Of a stretch of DNA of 64,000 nt, positions 19,125 through 28,786 are shown one piece after another (the first letter of the stretch is position 1; the number at the start of each line of letters is the position of its first letter). This stretch comes from Thermoanaerobaculia bacterium. Its GTDB lineage: Bacteria; Acidobacteriota; Thermoanaerobaculia; Multivoradales; JAIOJS01. The notes under the pieces are model-generated. The model worked only from the letters and a program-made list of their open reading frames with translations, did no database searches and was not told where the DNA came from. The position numbers and the translations under genes were made by a program. The DNA lies in assembly GCA_963806095.1 (NCBI GenBank), contig CAWDWV010000002.1:1453949-1517948 (forward strand). Direction: 5' to 3'.

Positions 19125-20469
19125 TCAGAGTACTTGGCCCAGCGCCCGCTCGCTGCGCCGGATCCCCTCGTCGACCTCCTCGCGGCAGACGACGAGGGCC
19201 GGCCGGAAGCGCACCGAGCGGTCGCCGCACGGCAGCGCCATCAGGTCGTTCTCGGTCATCGCCTTGAGGGTGGCGTTGCGCAGCTCGGTCGAAGGGAGGT
19301 CGAAGGCGGCGTAGAGGCCGAGGCCGCGGGCGTTGGTGACCTTGCCGGGGAAGACGCTCCTCGAGGCCGCGCAGGCCGGCGAGCAGGTGGCGGCCCATCA
19401 CGGCGGCGTTCTCGAGCAGGTCGTCCTCTTCGATGATCTCGACGAAGCGCTGGCAGCGCACCATGTCGACGAGGTTGCCGCCCCAGGTGGAGTTGATGCG
19501 GCTGCTGACCTTGAACACCGAGTCCACCTCGTCGACGCGCGCTGTCGAGGCGATGCCGCACTGCTGCGTCTTCTTGCCGAAGGCGAAGAGGTCGGGCTCG
19601 ACGCCGAAGTGCTCGAAGCACCACCAGCGGCCGGTGGTGGCGAAGCCGGTCTGCACCTCGTCGAAGACCAGCATCACCTCGTGCTCGTCGGCGATCTGCC
19701 GCAGGGCGCGCAGGAACTCGGGGCGGAAGTGGTTGTCGCCGCCCTCGGCCTGGATCGGTCTCGACGATGATCGCCGCCACGTCGGGCGCACGCTCGGCGA
19801 GCGCCCCGTGGATGGCGTCGATCGCCTGCCGCTCCTCCTCCTGGACCCGCCGCAGCACCTCTTCGGTGACCGGGAACGACAGCGCCGGGTTGTGGATGCG
19901 CGGCCAGTCGAACTTGGGGAAGTAGCTCGGTCTTCTTGGGGTCGGTGTTGGTGAGCGACATGGTGTAGCCGCTCCGGCCGTGGAAGGCCTGGCGGAAGTG
20001 GATGACCTGGTGGCCGATCTCCTCCTTGCGGCCGGCGGCGAAGTTCTTGCGCACCTTCCAGTCGAAGGCGGCCTTCAGGGCGTTCTCGATCGCCAGCGCG
20101 CCGCCGTCGACGAAGAACAGCCGCTTCTGGTAGCGCCGCCGGCACGGTGCGGGCGAAGGTGGCGACGAACTCGGCGAAATAAGGGGTGTAGAGGTCGGCG
20201 TTGGAGGGCTTGACCACGGCAGCCCGCAGCAGGCGCTCCCGCACCTCGGGGGTCAGCAGCTTGGGGTGGTTGTACCCCATCGGGTAGCTCGAGAAGTTGG
20301 TGAAGAAGTCCAGCAGCTCGCGCTCCCGCAGGCTGTCGTAGAGCCAGCTCCCGTGGCTGCGCTCGAGGTCGAGCACCACGCCGTAACCGTCCGCCAGCAT
20401 GTGCTGCTTGAGGGTGCCGTGCACCTCGGAAGGGGCGACGCGCAGAGAGGTCGCGGTGGCGATGCTCAT
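19125..20469 (-). CDS. lat: L-lysine 6-aminotransferase (lysine epsilon-aminotransferase); at least 3 frameshifts as assembled
   Basis: N-terminus 'MSIATATSLRVAPSEVHGTLKQHMLADGYGVVLDLERSHGSWLYD...FTNFSSYPMGYNHP'. Central text 'HFRQAFHGRSGYTMSLTN' and 'MLVFDEVQTGFATTGRWWCFEHFGVEPDLFAFGKK' (PLP Lys). My own translation of 19125-19340 gives the tail 'VTNARGLGLYAAFDLPS...RFRPALVV...GQVL*'. The pieces lie in different frames. AGGAGA precedes ATG 20469. Confidence 0.85.
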
Positions 20470-20678
20470 GACTGTCTCCTGGGGATCGGGAAGACTTTCG
20501 GACCTTGACAGTGAGGCGGGGCCGGCAGGGTGGGCCGGCGGCTGGACGTGATCGACACGGATCGTATCACCGGCCTGAATCTTTTTGAAATTGGCTGCGT
20601 AGTAGGGGTGTCGACAAGAGCGCGAACCTGCGCCGGTGCCGTCAGCGCACCGGACGCGTTGAACCGAGGTGGATTGTC

Positions 20679-21897
20679 ATGGCTAAGAAGTGGATGGTCG
20701 TCGGTGCCGCGATAGTGCTGGTGGGCGGTGCGGTGGTGGTGGCCAAGGCCACCAACAAGCAGAAGCCCAAGGAGCAGGAGTCCCCCTTCCGCCTCGGCAA
20801 GGCGCAGACCGAGGACCTGCAGGTGAGCGTGCGCGAGGTCGGCGTCGTCGACCCCGAGATCAAGGTCGACGTCAAGTCACCGGTCTCCGGGCCGCGTGCT
20901 CGAGCTCGACGTGCGCGAGGGCGACATCGTCGCCCGCGGCCAGGTGCTCGCCGCGGTCGAGCCCGACGTCAACCAGGCGCAGTCGCTCTCCGACGTCAAC
21001 GCCGCGGTGTCGCAGGCCGCAGCTGCAGGCTGCGCGACGCCGACCGCCTCCTCGCCAACCAGAAGGCGCTGTTCGACGCCGGCCTGATCGCCAACGAGCA
21101 CGCTGCGCGACGCGCAGATGACGCGCGACCTCGCCGCCGACGCGCTGACCAACGCCCGTGCCCGCTACAACATCGTCGAGCGGCACGGCATCCCGATCTC
21201 CGGCGGCCACAGCCAGAAGGCCAACGTCTCGACGCCGATGGCCGGCATCGTCATCGCCAAGGGGGTCGAGCTCGGCGAGACGCGTCACCTCCGGCGTCTC
21301 CTCGTTCAACGAGGGCACGGTGCTGTTCACCGTCGCCGACCTCAAGTCGCTGCTCATCAAGGTCAACCTCAACGAGGTCGACATCGCCAAGGTGCGCGTC
21401 GGCCAGCCGGTGCGCGTCACCCTCGACGCCTACCCGCAGAAGGTCTTCGACGGCAAGGTGCGCTTCGTCGCCCCGGCGGCCAAGATCGTCGACAAGATCA
21501 AGGTCTTCGAGATCGAGATCGCGCTCGACCAGCTCGACGACGCCTTCCGCACCGGCATGAGCGCCAACGTCGAGATCCTCGGCGAGAGCCGGCCGAAGGC
21601 GCTGTCGATCCCGCTCGAGGCCCTGCAGCGGCGCGACGGCAAGACGGTCGTCTATCGCCTGAAGCCCAACCTCGCCCGAGAAGCAGGTCGGCAAAGGCGC
21701 GCGAGGCCCTCGAGGGCCGCAGCAAGTTCGTCTGGCTGTCGGAGAACTGGAAGGACTACTTCGACGCCGTCCCCGTCGACGCCGGCATCGCCACGCTCGA
21801 GCGCGTCGAGGTGCGGGCCGGCCTGAAGGCCGGCGACCAGGTGGCGCTCGAGGACGTGACGCGCAAGAAGGTCGAGAAGGACGACGAGAATAATTAA
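20679..21897 (+). CDS. HlyD/MacA-family periplasmic adaptor of a tripartite ABC efflux system; at least 4 frameshifts
   Basis: N-terminal TM anchor 'MAKKWMVVGAAIVLVGGAVVVA'. Lipoyl-like text 'KSPVSG..VLELDVREGDIVARGQVLAAVEP'. Beta-barrel text 'VLFTVADLKSLLIKVNLNEVDIAKVRVGQPVRVTLDAYP...FDGKVRFVAPAA'. C-terminus 'VEVRAGLKAGDQVALED'. The segments are spread over all three + frames. GAGGTGG RBS. Confidence 0.8.
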
Positions 21898-21998
21898 CGG
21901 AGCAGCCTTCCAGACGGGGCGGCAAGGGCTCACTGGGGCTGCCGCCCGCCCGACCAAGAGAAGACTGGTTTTCATTCCACACCTCACCCCCCAACCCC

Positions 21999-22020
21999 CC
22001 TCTCCGCTCTAGCGGAGAGG
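21999..22020. repeat. Intergenic hairpin preceded by a C-rich tract (REP-like family, copy 1)
   Basis: CCTCTCCGCT-CT-AGCGGAGAGG forms a perfect 10-bp stem. It is preceded by 'acctcaccccccaacccccc'. A second hairpin, GGGCGGCA...TGCCGCCC, lies at about 21916-21948. Compare 62616-62641. Confidence 0.5.
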
Positions 22021-22043
22021 GCGGCCCGGAGGCGAACAGATCC

Positions 22044-22740
22044 ATGGCTACACCGATCATCACAACCCGCGGCCTCACCAAGGTCTACGGCGAGAACGGC
22101 AACGCGGTGCACGCCCTGCGCGGCATCGACCTCGACGTCGAGCGCGGCGAGTTCGTCGCCCTCGTCGGCCCGTCGGGCTCGGGCAAGAGCACGCTGATGG
22201 CCATCCTCGGCTGCCTCGACACGCCGACGGCCGGCACCTACGCGCTCGACGGCGAGCAGGTGCGAGGGCCTGTCGGGGGCCGAGCTCGCCGCCATCCGCA
22301 ACGAGAAGGTCGGGCTTCGTCTTCCAGCAGTACAACCTGCTGCCCAAGGCGACGCATCTCCCGCAACGTCGAGCTGCCGATGCTCTACGCCGGCGTCGGC
22401 CGCAAGGAGCGGCGCCAGCGCGCGCAGGAGCTGCTCGAGAAGGTGGGCTCGCCGACCGCGCCAACGCGCTGCCCGGCGCAGCTCTCCGGCGGCCAGCGCC
22501 AGCGCGTGGCGATCGCCCGCGCGCTCGCCAACCGGCCGGCGCTGCTGCTCGCCGACGAGCCCACCGGCGCTCTCGACTCGCACGACCGGCGGCGAGGTGC
22601 TGGCGCTCTTCCGCGAGCTCTACGCGCAGGGCAACACCGTCATCCTCGTCACCCACGACCCGGCGATCGCCGCGCTCGCCGAGCGCCGCGTCGAGCTGCA
22701 CGACGGGCTGGTGCACGTGCCCGAGGAGCTGGCGGCATGA
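22044..22740 (+). CDS. ABC transporter ATP-binding protein (MacB/LolD-type); frameshifted
   Basis: Walker A 'GPSGSGKST', Q-loop region, ABC signature 'LSGGQRQRVAIARAL', Walker B 'LLLADEPTGALDS', H-loop 'VILVTHD'. The N- and C-terminal parts are in different frames. The stop TGA at 22738-22740 overlaps the next ATG (ATGA). Confidence 0.85.
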
Positions 22741-24076
22741 GACTCTGGCCACGCAAAGGCCTCCGGCAGGGGAAAGACGAGCCGCGTAAGCCCAAGCGGG
22801 CCAAGCGGCCGAAGGTCGCGGGCTCCAAGGGCTCGTTCCGCGAGCGCCTCCACGAGTCCTGGATCGAGCTCAAGGAGACCCCCGGCCGCTCGTTCCTGCA
22901 GGCGCTGGGCGTCATGCTCGGCGTCGCCTCGGTGCTCGGCGGCTTCTCGATCGCCGACAGCCAGCGGCGCCAGACCGAGCAGATCTTCGCCCGCATCGGC
23001 GGCATCGACAAGCTCAACGTGCTGCCCACGGACATCGTCAACGACGGCACGCCGAGCGCGCTGCAGACCGCCAACCTCGGCCTGCGGCTCGACGACGCGA
23101 CCGCGGCGAGGCGTTGCCCACTGCCAAGGGCGTCAACGCCATCAGCGTGCTCAGAAACAGGCGCGGGCACGGGTGCGCTCGGAGTTCGCCGACGAGGAGC
23201 GCGACGTCTCCGGCATCGGCGCCGACTACATCGCCATGAACGGCTACGAGATCGAGCAGGGCCGCGCCTTCTCGGCCAACGACATGGAGACCGGCGCGCC
23301 GGTGGCCATCCTCGGCTCGAGGCGCCGCCGCCGACCTCTTTCCCACCGGCGACATCGTCGGCAAGCCGATCCGCATCGGCGACGTGCCGGTGACCGTCGA
23401 TCGGCGTCTTCCGCGAGAAGGTCTTCCGCTTCCGCGAGGGGCAGCAGAACATCTTCGCCTGGCGCAACCGCATCGTGGCGGTGCCGTCGCGGCTGATCGC
23501 CACCCGCATGCAGGGCGACGACTACCACCGCCTCGACCGCGTCACCTTCCGGGTGCCCGACCTCAAGGCGATGGTGGACTTCTCCAAGGAGCTGAGCTCG
23601 CTGGTCACCGTCAACCACCGCCTGCAGGACGACTTCCGTCTCGACGACGTCAAGCAAGCGCTGCGAGCGGCAGCTGCTCGCAGGGCGACGTCTACAACGT
23701 CATCTTCATGCTCTCCGGCGTGCTGGCGCTGATCGGCGGCGGCATGGTCAACGTCAACATCCAGCTCGCTTCGCTCAAGGAGCGGGTGCGCGAGGTGGGC
23801 GTCAAGATGGCGCTCGGCGCTTCGGGCCGCGAGATCTTCAAGTCGTTCATGACCGAGGCGCTGCTGCTCACCCTGCTGGGCGCCTTCTCGGGCTACGCCA
23901 TCGGCATCGCCTTCTCGTGGACGATCACCAAGTCGATCGGCATCCCGCTGTCGCTGGCGCCGAGGAGCTTCATCTGGGCCACCGCGATGGCGGTCGTCTT
24001 CGGCTTCCTGTTCGCGCTCTACCCGGCCGCCAAGGCCAGCCGGCAGTCGCCGATGGAGGCGCTGCGCTATGAGTAA
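22737..24076 (+). CDS. ABC transporter permease, MacB-like (MacB_PCD + FtsX); frameshifted
   Basis: 'RSFLQALGVMLGVASVLGGFSIA' (TM1), a periplasmic domain, then the FtsX module 'LALIGGGMVNVNIQLASLKERVREVGVKMALGASGREIFKSFMTEALLL...LYPAAKASRQSPMEALRYE'. The pieces lie in several frames. Confidence 0.8.
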
Positions 24077-25402
24077 GGCCATGAGCCTCTTCGAGCCCGC
24101 GGCGGTCGACGAGCTGCCGGCGAAGGTGGCGGCGACGAGGCGCCCGCGGCGCCGGCGCTCGCTCGGCGTGCAGCTCGCCCTGGTGTGGGAAGTGGTCACC
24201 GGCGGCTTGCGCGAGCTGTGGGCGCACAAGCTGCGCTCGCGCTCACCCTGACGCTGTTGATGCTCGGCGTCTTCGCGCTGGTGGTGATGATCTCGGTGCT
24301 CGACGGCGTCATGGACAAGGTCTCCACCGGCTTCGCCGGCATGAGCTGGGACGGCACGCTGGTGCTCACTCCCAAGGCGCCGAAGACCTCCGAAGAGCAG
24401 AAGCGCTTCGCCATGAGCACCGGCCTGCGTCTACGAGGACCTGGCGCGCATCGCGGCGCCGCACCCGAAGGTGCTCGGCTTCTCGCCGCGCGCCGTCAAG
24501 CGCGTCGCCGTGCGCACCACCGGCGGCACCGAGCGCATCTTCGTCAGCGGCGTGAGCTCCGAGTACTCGTTCCTGATGAACCGCCCGATCGGCCTCGGCC
24601 GCGGCATCACGCGACAACGACCAGCGGCGGCACTCGACGGTGGCGGTGGTGGGCGCCACGCTGGGCGCCAAGCTGTTCGGCGGCAGCGACCCGGTGGGGC
24701 GCGACATGGTGATCGAGGGCGTGCCGTACCGCATCGTCGGCGTGCTCGCCTCCGGCCAGATCTTCAACGAGGAGATGTGGCAGGACGCCAACGGCGTGCT
24801 GGTGCCGCTCGAGACCTACATGGACCGCCTCGACGCCGACCACGCGCTGACGCTGATCTCGGTCAAGCTGCGCAACACGCGCGACCTCGACGAGGTGCAG
24901 GCGGCGATGCTCGGCCGCGCCCGCCAGGCGCACCACGGCATCGAGGACGTCGAGGTGCGCAGGACCTCGACGCCGAGGCGGCGCGCGGCTACGAGGACTT
25001 CCTCAACCAGATGCACGGCTGGCAGCGTGGTGCTCTACAGCCTCGCCGGCACGGTGCTGCTGGTGGGCGGCGTCGGCGTGCTGTCGGTGATGCTGATCTC
25101 CTTCGCCGACCGCCGCTACGAGATCGGCCTGCGCAAGGCCATCGGCGCCGACGACCACCAGATCCTCGTGCAGTTCCTGCTCGAGGCGCTGGTGCTGGCG
25201 GCGCTCGGCGCCACGGTCGGCACGCTGGCCGGGCAGCGCGCTCTGCAAAGTGCTCTCGGACAAGTTCCCCTACGGGCCTGGTGGTCAACCCGTTCGGCCT
25301 GGCGCTGGCGTGGGGCATCGCGCTGCTGCTGGCCGTTCACCTTCGGGCTCTACCCCGCGATTCGCGCGGCGAAGCTGTCGCCCGATGGAAGCGATGCGGT
25401 AG
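24069..25402 (+). CDS. Second ABC transporter permease, MacB-like (FtsX); frameshifted
   Basis: 'ALTLTLLMLGVFALVVMISVLDG', '...MVIEGVPYRIVGVLASG', 'ADRRYEIGLRKAIGADDHQILVQFLLEALVLAALG', 'LYPAIRAAKLSP'. The expected end '...MEAMR*' (TAG 25400-25402) is reached only after a 1-nt shift in a CCC run. Confidence 0.8.
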
Positions 25403-25420
25403 CGAGCGATGTTTCCAGGG

Positions 25421-27106
25421 CTAGGGTTGCAGTTGCTGCGGCGCGATGCCCGCGTCGCGCGCAATCCGCACTCCCTCCCACGCGCCTATGGCACACGTCC
25501 TCCTCTGGCTCAATAGGAAGAAGAGGCCGTAGTGCCGAAGGGAGGCGGTCCGCTTACCGATCAGGTCCCGCCTCCAGTAGTCCATGCCCTCATTTGTCAT
25601 ATAGCAGAATTCCAAAGTATCGGTGAGGGTTTGATAGAGAAGACAGGTGACGAGGGAGAAGAGCCGGAAACGATCAAGGTCAACGTCAAAGCTGCCGCGC
25701 CCCAATTCGGCTGCGAGTTTGTCCATATCTGGCTCAGAGTCGAAATAACCGCCCGAGTCATTCGCTTTCGTCGAGAGGGAACGATAGAGGACCCCTGCTT
25801 GGTCGCCTAGGGTTTCGCCTGGATCAGTCACCACGGCCGCCTTGGGAATCTCTAGCGCCCCTTTAAAGGCGCCTGACCAAGCCGTGCGAAGTCTTCGGCG
25901 CCACCTCCGCAATTGCTCAGGCACGCGTTTGCCCAACCCTTTTGTCCGTCGTCGTTTCTGAGCAAGCGTCTGGGTGTTCTTCACGGGCGGCGTAGACAGT
26001 TGTACGTTGGCTCTGAGAGGCTGCCCATATCCATACGTCGACTGCGGCAAAAAGTTTGACGGGCCGACCACGAGATCGTAGGCGACGTCGCGCCCAAGAG
26101 TAATGGCTCGTGTCAACTCGAGACTAAGAGGTTCTCCATTTGCGAGAACCCCGACCAGATCGAGATGCGCAAGTTCCGATCTAATCGTCAGGCACGTTTC
26201 CTCAACGCGATCCTCGTTAATTGGCGGTAGGGGTCTTCCGCGGGTAAACCACGTGCCAAGCATGGCGAGGACGAAATCAGTAGCGCGACTCTGCATACGT
26301 ACCCGGAGATCTAGGTTATCGTCTACTGTTAGGATATCCTCGTCAAAGGTGTTCAAAAGCCTCTTGTGAGCCTCAGCTGTCGCTTCAGCGTCTAAGCCGC
26401 TGACGGACTCATGTTGCCGATCCTTAGACCAGAACCCGGTGTTGGAAGTGGGTGCCCCCTTTCCTTCGACCGAGCTCGGCAAACGAAAGCGGCGTGTGGT
26501 CTCACCCCTCGATAGCCACTCGCAATAGGCCTCACCATCCTTCGCAAGGATGCCCGTGATCGGCTCAAGCTCACCTCCCGGTGAGAATCTCTTGTCGCCG
26601 ATTCCAATCCAGTGGAGGGGGTAGCGATGCCTGCCGGCGGCGGCTTCCTCGTCCGCGAATGTCTGATACTCGGCTTGACTCAAGAGCCCCGTGTCAAGGT
26701 GTGCGCCGCTCGGGAGTCTGACCAGTCTACTTAGTCGATGCTGCAACGTTACCGCCACTGCCAGCTTGAATCGCTCAGGATCAATGGACCTCAAGCCGTC
26801 GCGTATCAGGTCGTCGAAGCGCTCTTTGGTCTTCGGGTCGACCGATTCCGCCTCCTCGATGCAATCCCAGGCCAGGGAAAGGGATTCTTGCGAAGGCTGC
26901 GTAAGAGCGATCTCCACGATCCGGGAGGCATCTCCGCCGGAAACGGACAGTCGAACTGTCTCGCGCCACCAAGAGTCGGTGATTGAAAACTTTGACAATG
27001 ACGTATTGCCAAGGGTGCGCAGTCGCCTCGAAGCAAGATATTCTTGTAGATTCAGATGAGAAAATTGGTAGAGGTGGTTCCCGACCTCTCCTATAAGGCC
27101 CGTCAC
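25421..27106 (-). CDS. C-terminal half of the NLR-like protein: NACHT winged-helix segment plus ~520-aa unassigned sensor region (ORF downstream of the in-frame TGA)
   Basis: Intact 561-codon ORF in DNA of about 50-58% G+C. It opens with 'LYQFSHLNLQEYLASRRL', the NACHT WH signature. It is in the same frame as ORF 27206..28786, and the 33 codons between them contain no stop. 'PITGILAKDGEAYCEWLSRGETTRRFRLPS' weakly resembles the FGE-sulfatase core. I see no repeat periodicity. Confidence 0.8.
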   Translation of the reverse strand: MTGLIGEVGNHLYQFSHLNLQEYLASRRLRTLGNTSLSKFSITDSWWRETVRLSVSGGDASRIVEIALTQPSQESLSLAWDCIEEAESVDPKTKERFDDLIRDGLRSIDPERFKLAVAVTLQHRLSRLVRLPSGAHLDTGLLSQAEYQTFADEEAAAGRHRYPLHWIGIGDKRFSPGGELEPITGILAKDGEAYCEWLSRGETTRRFRLPSSVEGKGAPTSNTGFWSKDRQHESVSGLDAEATAEAHKRLLNTFDEDILTVDDNLDLRVRMQSRATDFVLAMLGTWFTRGRPLPPINEDRVEETCLTIRSELAHLDLVGVLANGEPLSLELTRAITLGRDVAYDLVVGPSNFLPQSTYGYGQPLRANVQLSTPPVKNTQTLAQKRRRTKGLGKRVPEQLRRWRRRLRTAWSGAFKGALEIPKAAVVTDPGETLGDQAGVLYRSLSTKANDSGGYFDSEPDMDKLAAELGRGSFDVDLDRFRLFSLVTCLLYQTLTDTLEFCYMTNEGMDYWRRDLIGKRTASLRHYGLFFLLSQRRTCAIGAWEGVRIARDAGIAPQQLQP

Positions 27107-27205
27107 CTCCTCGAGGTATCTGCAATAGTTCTGTAATCGCTCCGCGGGGACCTCCTTCCCTACGAGCTCACGCTCGAGCCATTCTCTGGCTTGGCTTGGC
27201 GTAAA

Positions 27206-28786
27206 TCAGACATTCTGATCGAGCATTAGTTGAAAGGCGATACATTCAAGAGCGATCTGATGGTCGAGCCCGTCACAGGGGTCGGCGATTGCGATGCCTT
27301 TCGCCATTGGTCTATCGCGGAGAAGAACATCGCAAATTGCCTGGAAAAGAAGACCTCGCTTTTCAGGTAGGGCTCCACGCTCCATATGAACAATCGCCAT
27401 TAGCGTCAGCAACAACGGATTAGAGGCCATTTCTGAAAGTGGGATACTCGCGCCGATTCTGTCGGCAAGTGCGCGCGCCTCGAGTTGAGCGCGGTCGAAA
27501 ATCTCCGTCGGCTCGCCGGGAAGGGTCAGAAGGCGAGCTTGGGAATACCAGCGAATAAGGAAATCGGTCGCTTGCTCTAGATTGAATGGCTCTAGGGCGA
27601 GGTTGAGTCCAGCTCTCTCAAGTGTCGCCGCTCGGTAGCCTAAGGGCCGAGAGGTGAGAATGAAGGTGTTCCGAGGGTGAGCATTAATCTGACGATCGAC
27701 CCAGCGACTCACTTGGATGCGCTCCGCTTCGTCGGCTACTTCATCGAGGCCGTCCAGTAGGATTAGGCATCGCCCGGCCCGCAGCTTTCTCTCAAGCCAA
27801 TTTCTGGAGTGACGGAGAGCTGGTAGATCGGGAAGGAGGAGTTCGATAGCCAAGTCTGCTAAGCCGATGTCCGGTCGAGACAGTAGGGTTGACTTGGCCG
27901 TTCGAAAGGCCAGCAAGATTGGGACAAGATGCCTGGTCCTTGTTCCGTGCTCGCCGAGCGTCCCGCGAGCAAGGATGCTCGCCAGGTGTTCGAGGAGTGT
28001 TGTCTTCCCTGATCCCGGCGGGCCTAGAATTACAATGCGGCGATACGCTGGCGTAGAGCGACTCTCGGCGATAAACGTCCAGATCGACCGCGCGGCGCCT
28101 GATCGACGGCCTCCGACGACCATTGTTCGTGCTTGCTGAGGAATCTCGGAAACTAGGAGTAAGGGCACATAGAGCTTTTCAAGATCTGGCGCCGCGCGCA
28201 TGAAGACAGCCAACTCGCGGGGGCTGTATGTGCGGTAGCTCTCGGCGACAGCGCGGAGATAGGTTTGGCCGCGCGTCCAGAAACGGAAGCTGAACTCGCG
28301 TCGTGTGTGAGGAGCGAAGGGAGTCTTCTGAGGAAGCGAGTCGGAAGTGGTCTCCGAGAGTCTGCGTGCGCTGACTATCGCTGCGATGAGTTGGTGGAGT
28401 GGTTGCTCCTCGCTCGTGTCGCAGTTGAACTGGACCCAGGCGAGATTCGCGAGAAAGCGAGGCGGATTCGGACGGGTGGGTAAGGCGGTGCGCGGCAGGA
28501 GGACTGGAATAACGCGGAAGGCATCATCGGTAGTACGTCGGTCGAGTGCAGCCCACATCTCCTGCTGCTCCCACCGACCGAAGCCATGGGGCCCGACCAA
28601 CACAGCGCAAGTGTGGCTGGCCTCGAGTGCCGATAGTAGGGCCTCCTGCCAAGGCGTTCCTGGCCTAATATCCCAAAGGTCGAGAAAGGGATTTATTCCA
28701 GCCCGCCGGAGTTGACGTGCTAGCGCCTCGACGTGAGTGCGATCCTGTCGGTTGTAACTGAGAAAGACGTCGTAGATGTGCCCCAT
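27206..28786 (-). CDS. TIR domain + NACHT/STAND P-loop NTPase (N-terminal half of an NLR-like protein, ends at an in-frame TGA)
   Basis: 'YDVFLSYNRQDRTHVEAL...' is a TIR beta-A motif, and 'GRWEQQEMW' sits at the expected catalytic-Glu position. Walker A is 'VILGPPGSGKTTLLEHL'. Walker B is 'CLILLDGLDEVADE'. 'NTFILTSRP' also fits. Confidence 0.85.
   Translation of the reverse strand: MGHIYDVFLSYNRQDRTHVEALARQLRRAGINPFLDLWDIRPGTPWQEALLSALEASHTCAVLVGPHGFGRWEQQEMWAALDRRTTDDAFRVIPVLLPRTALPTRPNPPRFLANLAWVQFNCDTSEEQPLHQLIAAIVSARRLSETTSDSLPQKTPFAPHTRREFSFRFWTRGQTYLRAVAESYRTYSPRELAVFMRAAPDLEKLYVPLLLVSEIPQQARTMVVGGRRSGAARSIWTFIAESRSTPAYRRIVILGPPGSGKTTLLEHLASILARGTLGEHGTRTRHLVPILLAFRTAKSTLLSRPDIGLADLAIELLLPDLPALRHSRNWLERKLRAGRCLILLDGLDEVADEAERIQVSRWVDRQINAHPRNTFILTSRPLGYRAATLERAGLNLALEPFNLEQATDFLIRWYSQARLLTLPGEPTEIFDRAQLEARALADRIGASIPLSEMASNPLLLTLMAIVHMERGALPEKRGLLFQAICDVLLRDRPMAKGIAIADPCDGLDHQIALECIAFQLMLDQNV

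Noticed and set aside
27206-27208. The in-frame TGA of the NLR-like gene read as selenocysteine, or as a reassigned codon (Trp or Gly).
   Set aside because: TGA is used as an ordinary stop by many genes in this window, for example dprE1-like, ftsK, serA and moaC. I see only a trivial 4-bp stem (GCCA..UGGC) downstream, not a SECIS-like hairpin. The position lies in a helical linker where a redox-active residue has no rationale. A nonsense mutation or sequencing error is simpler.
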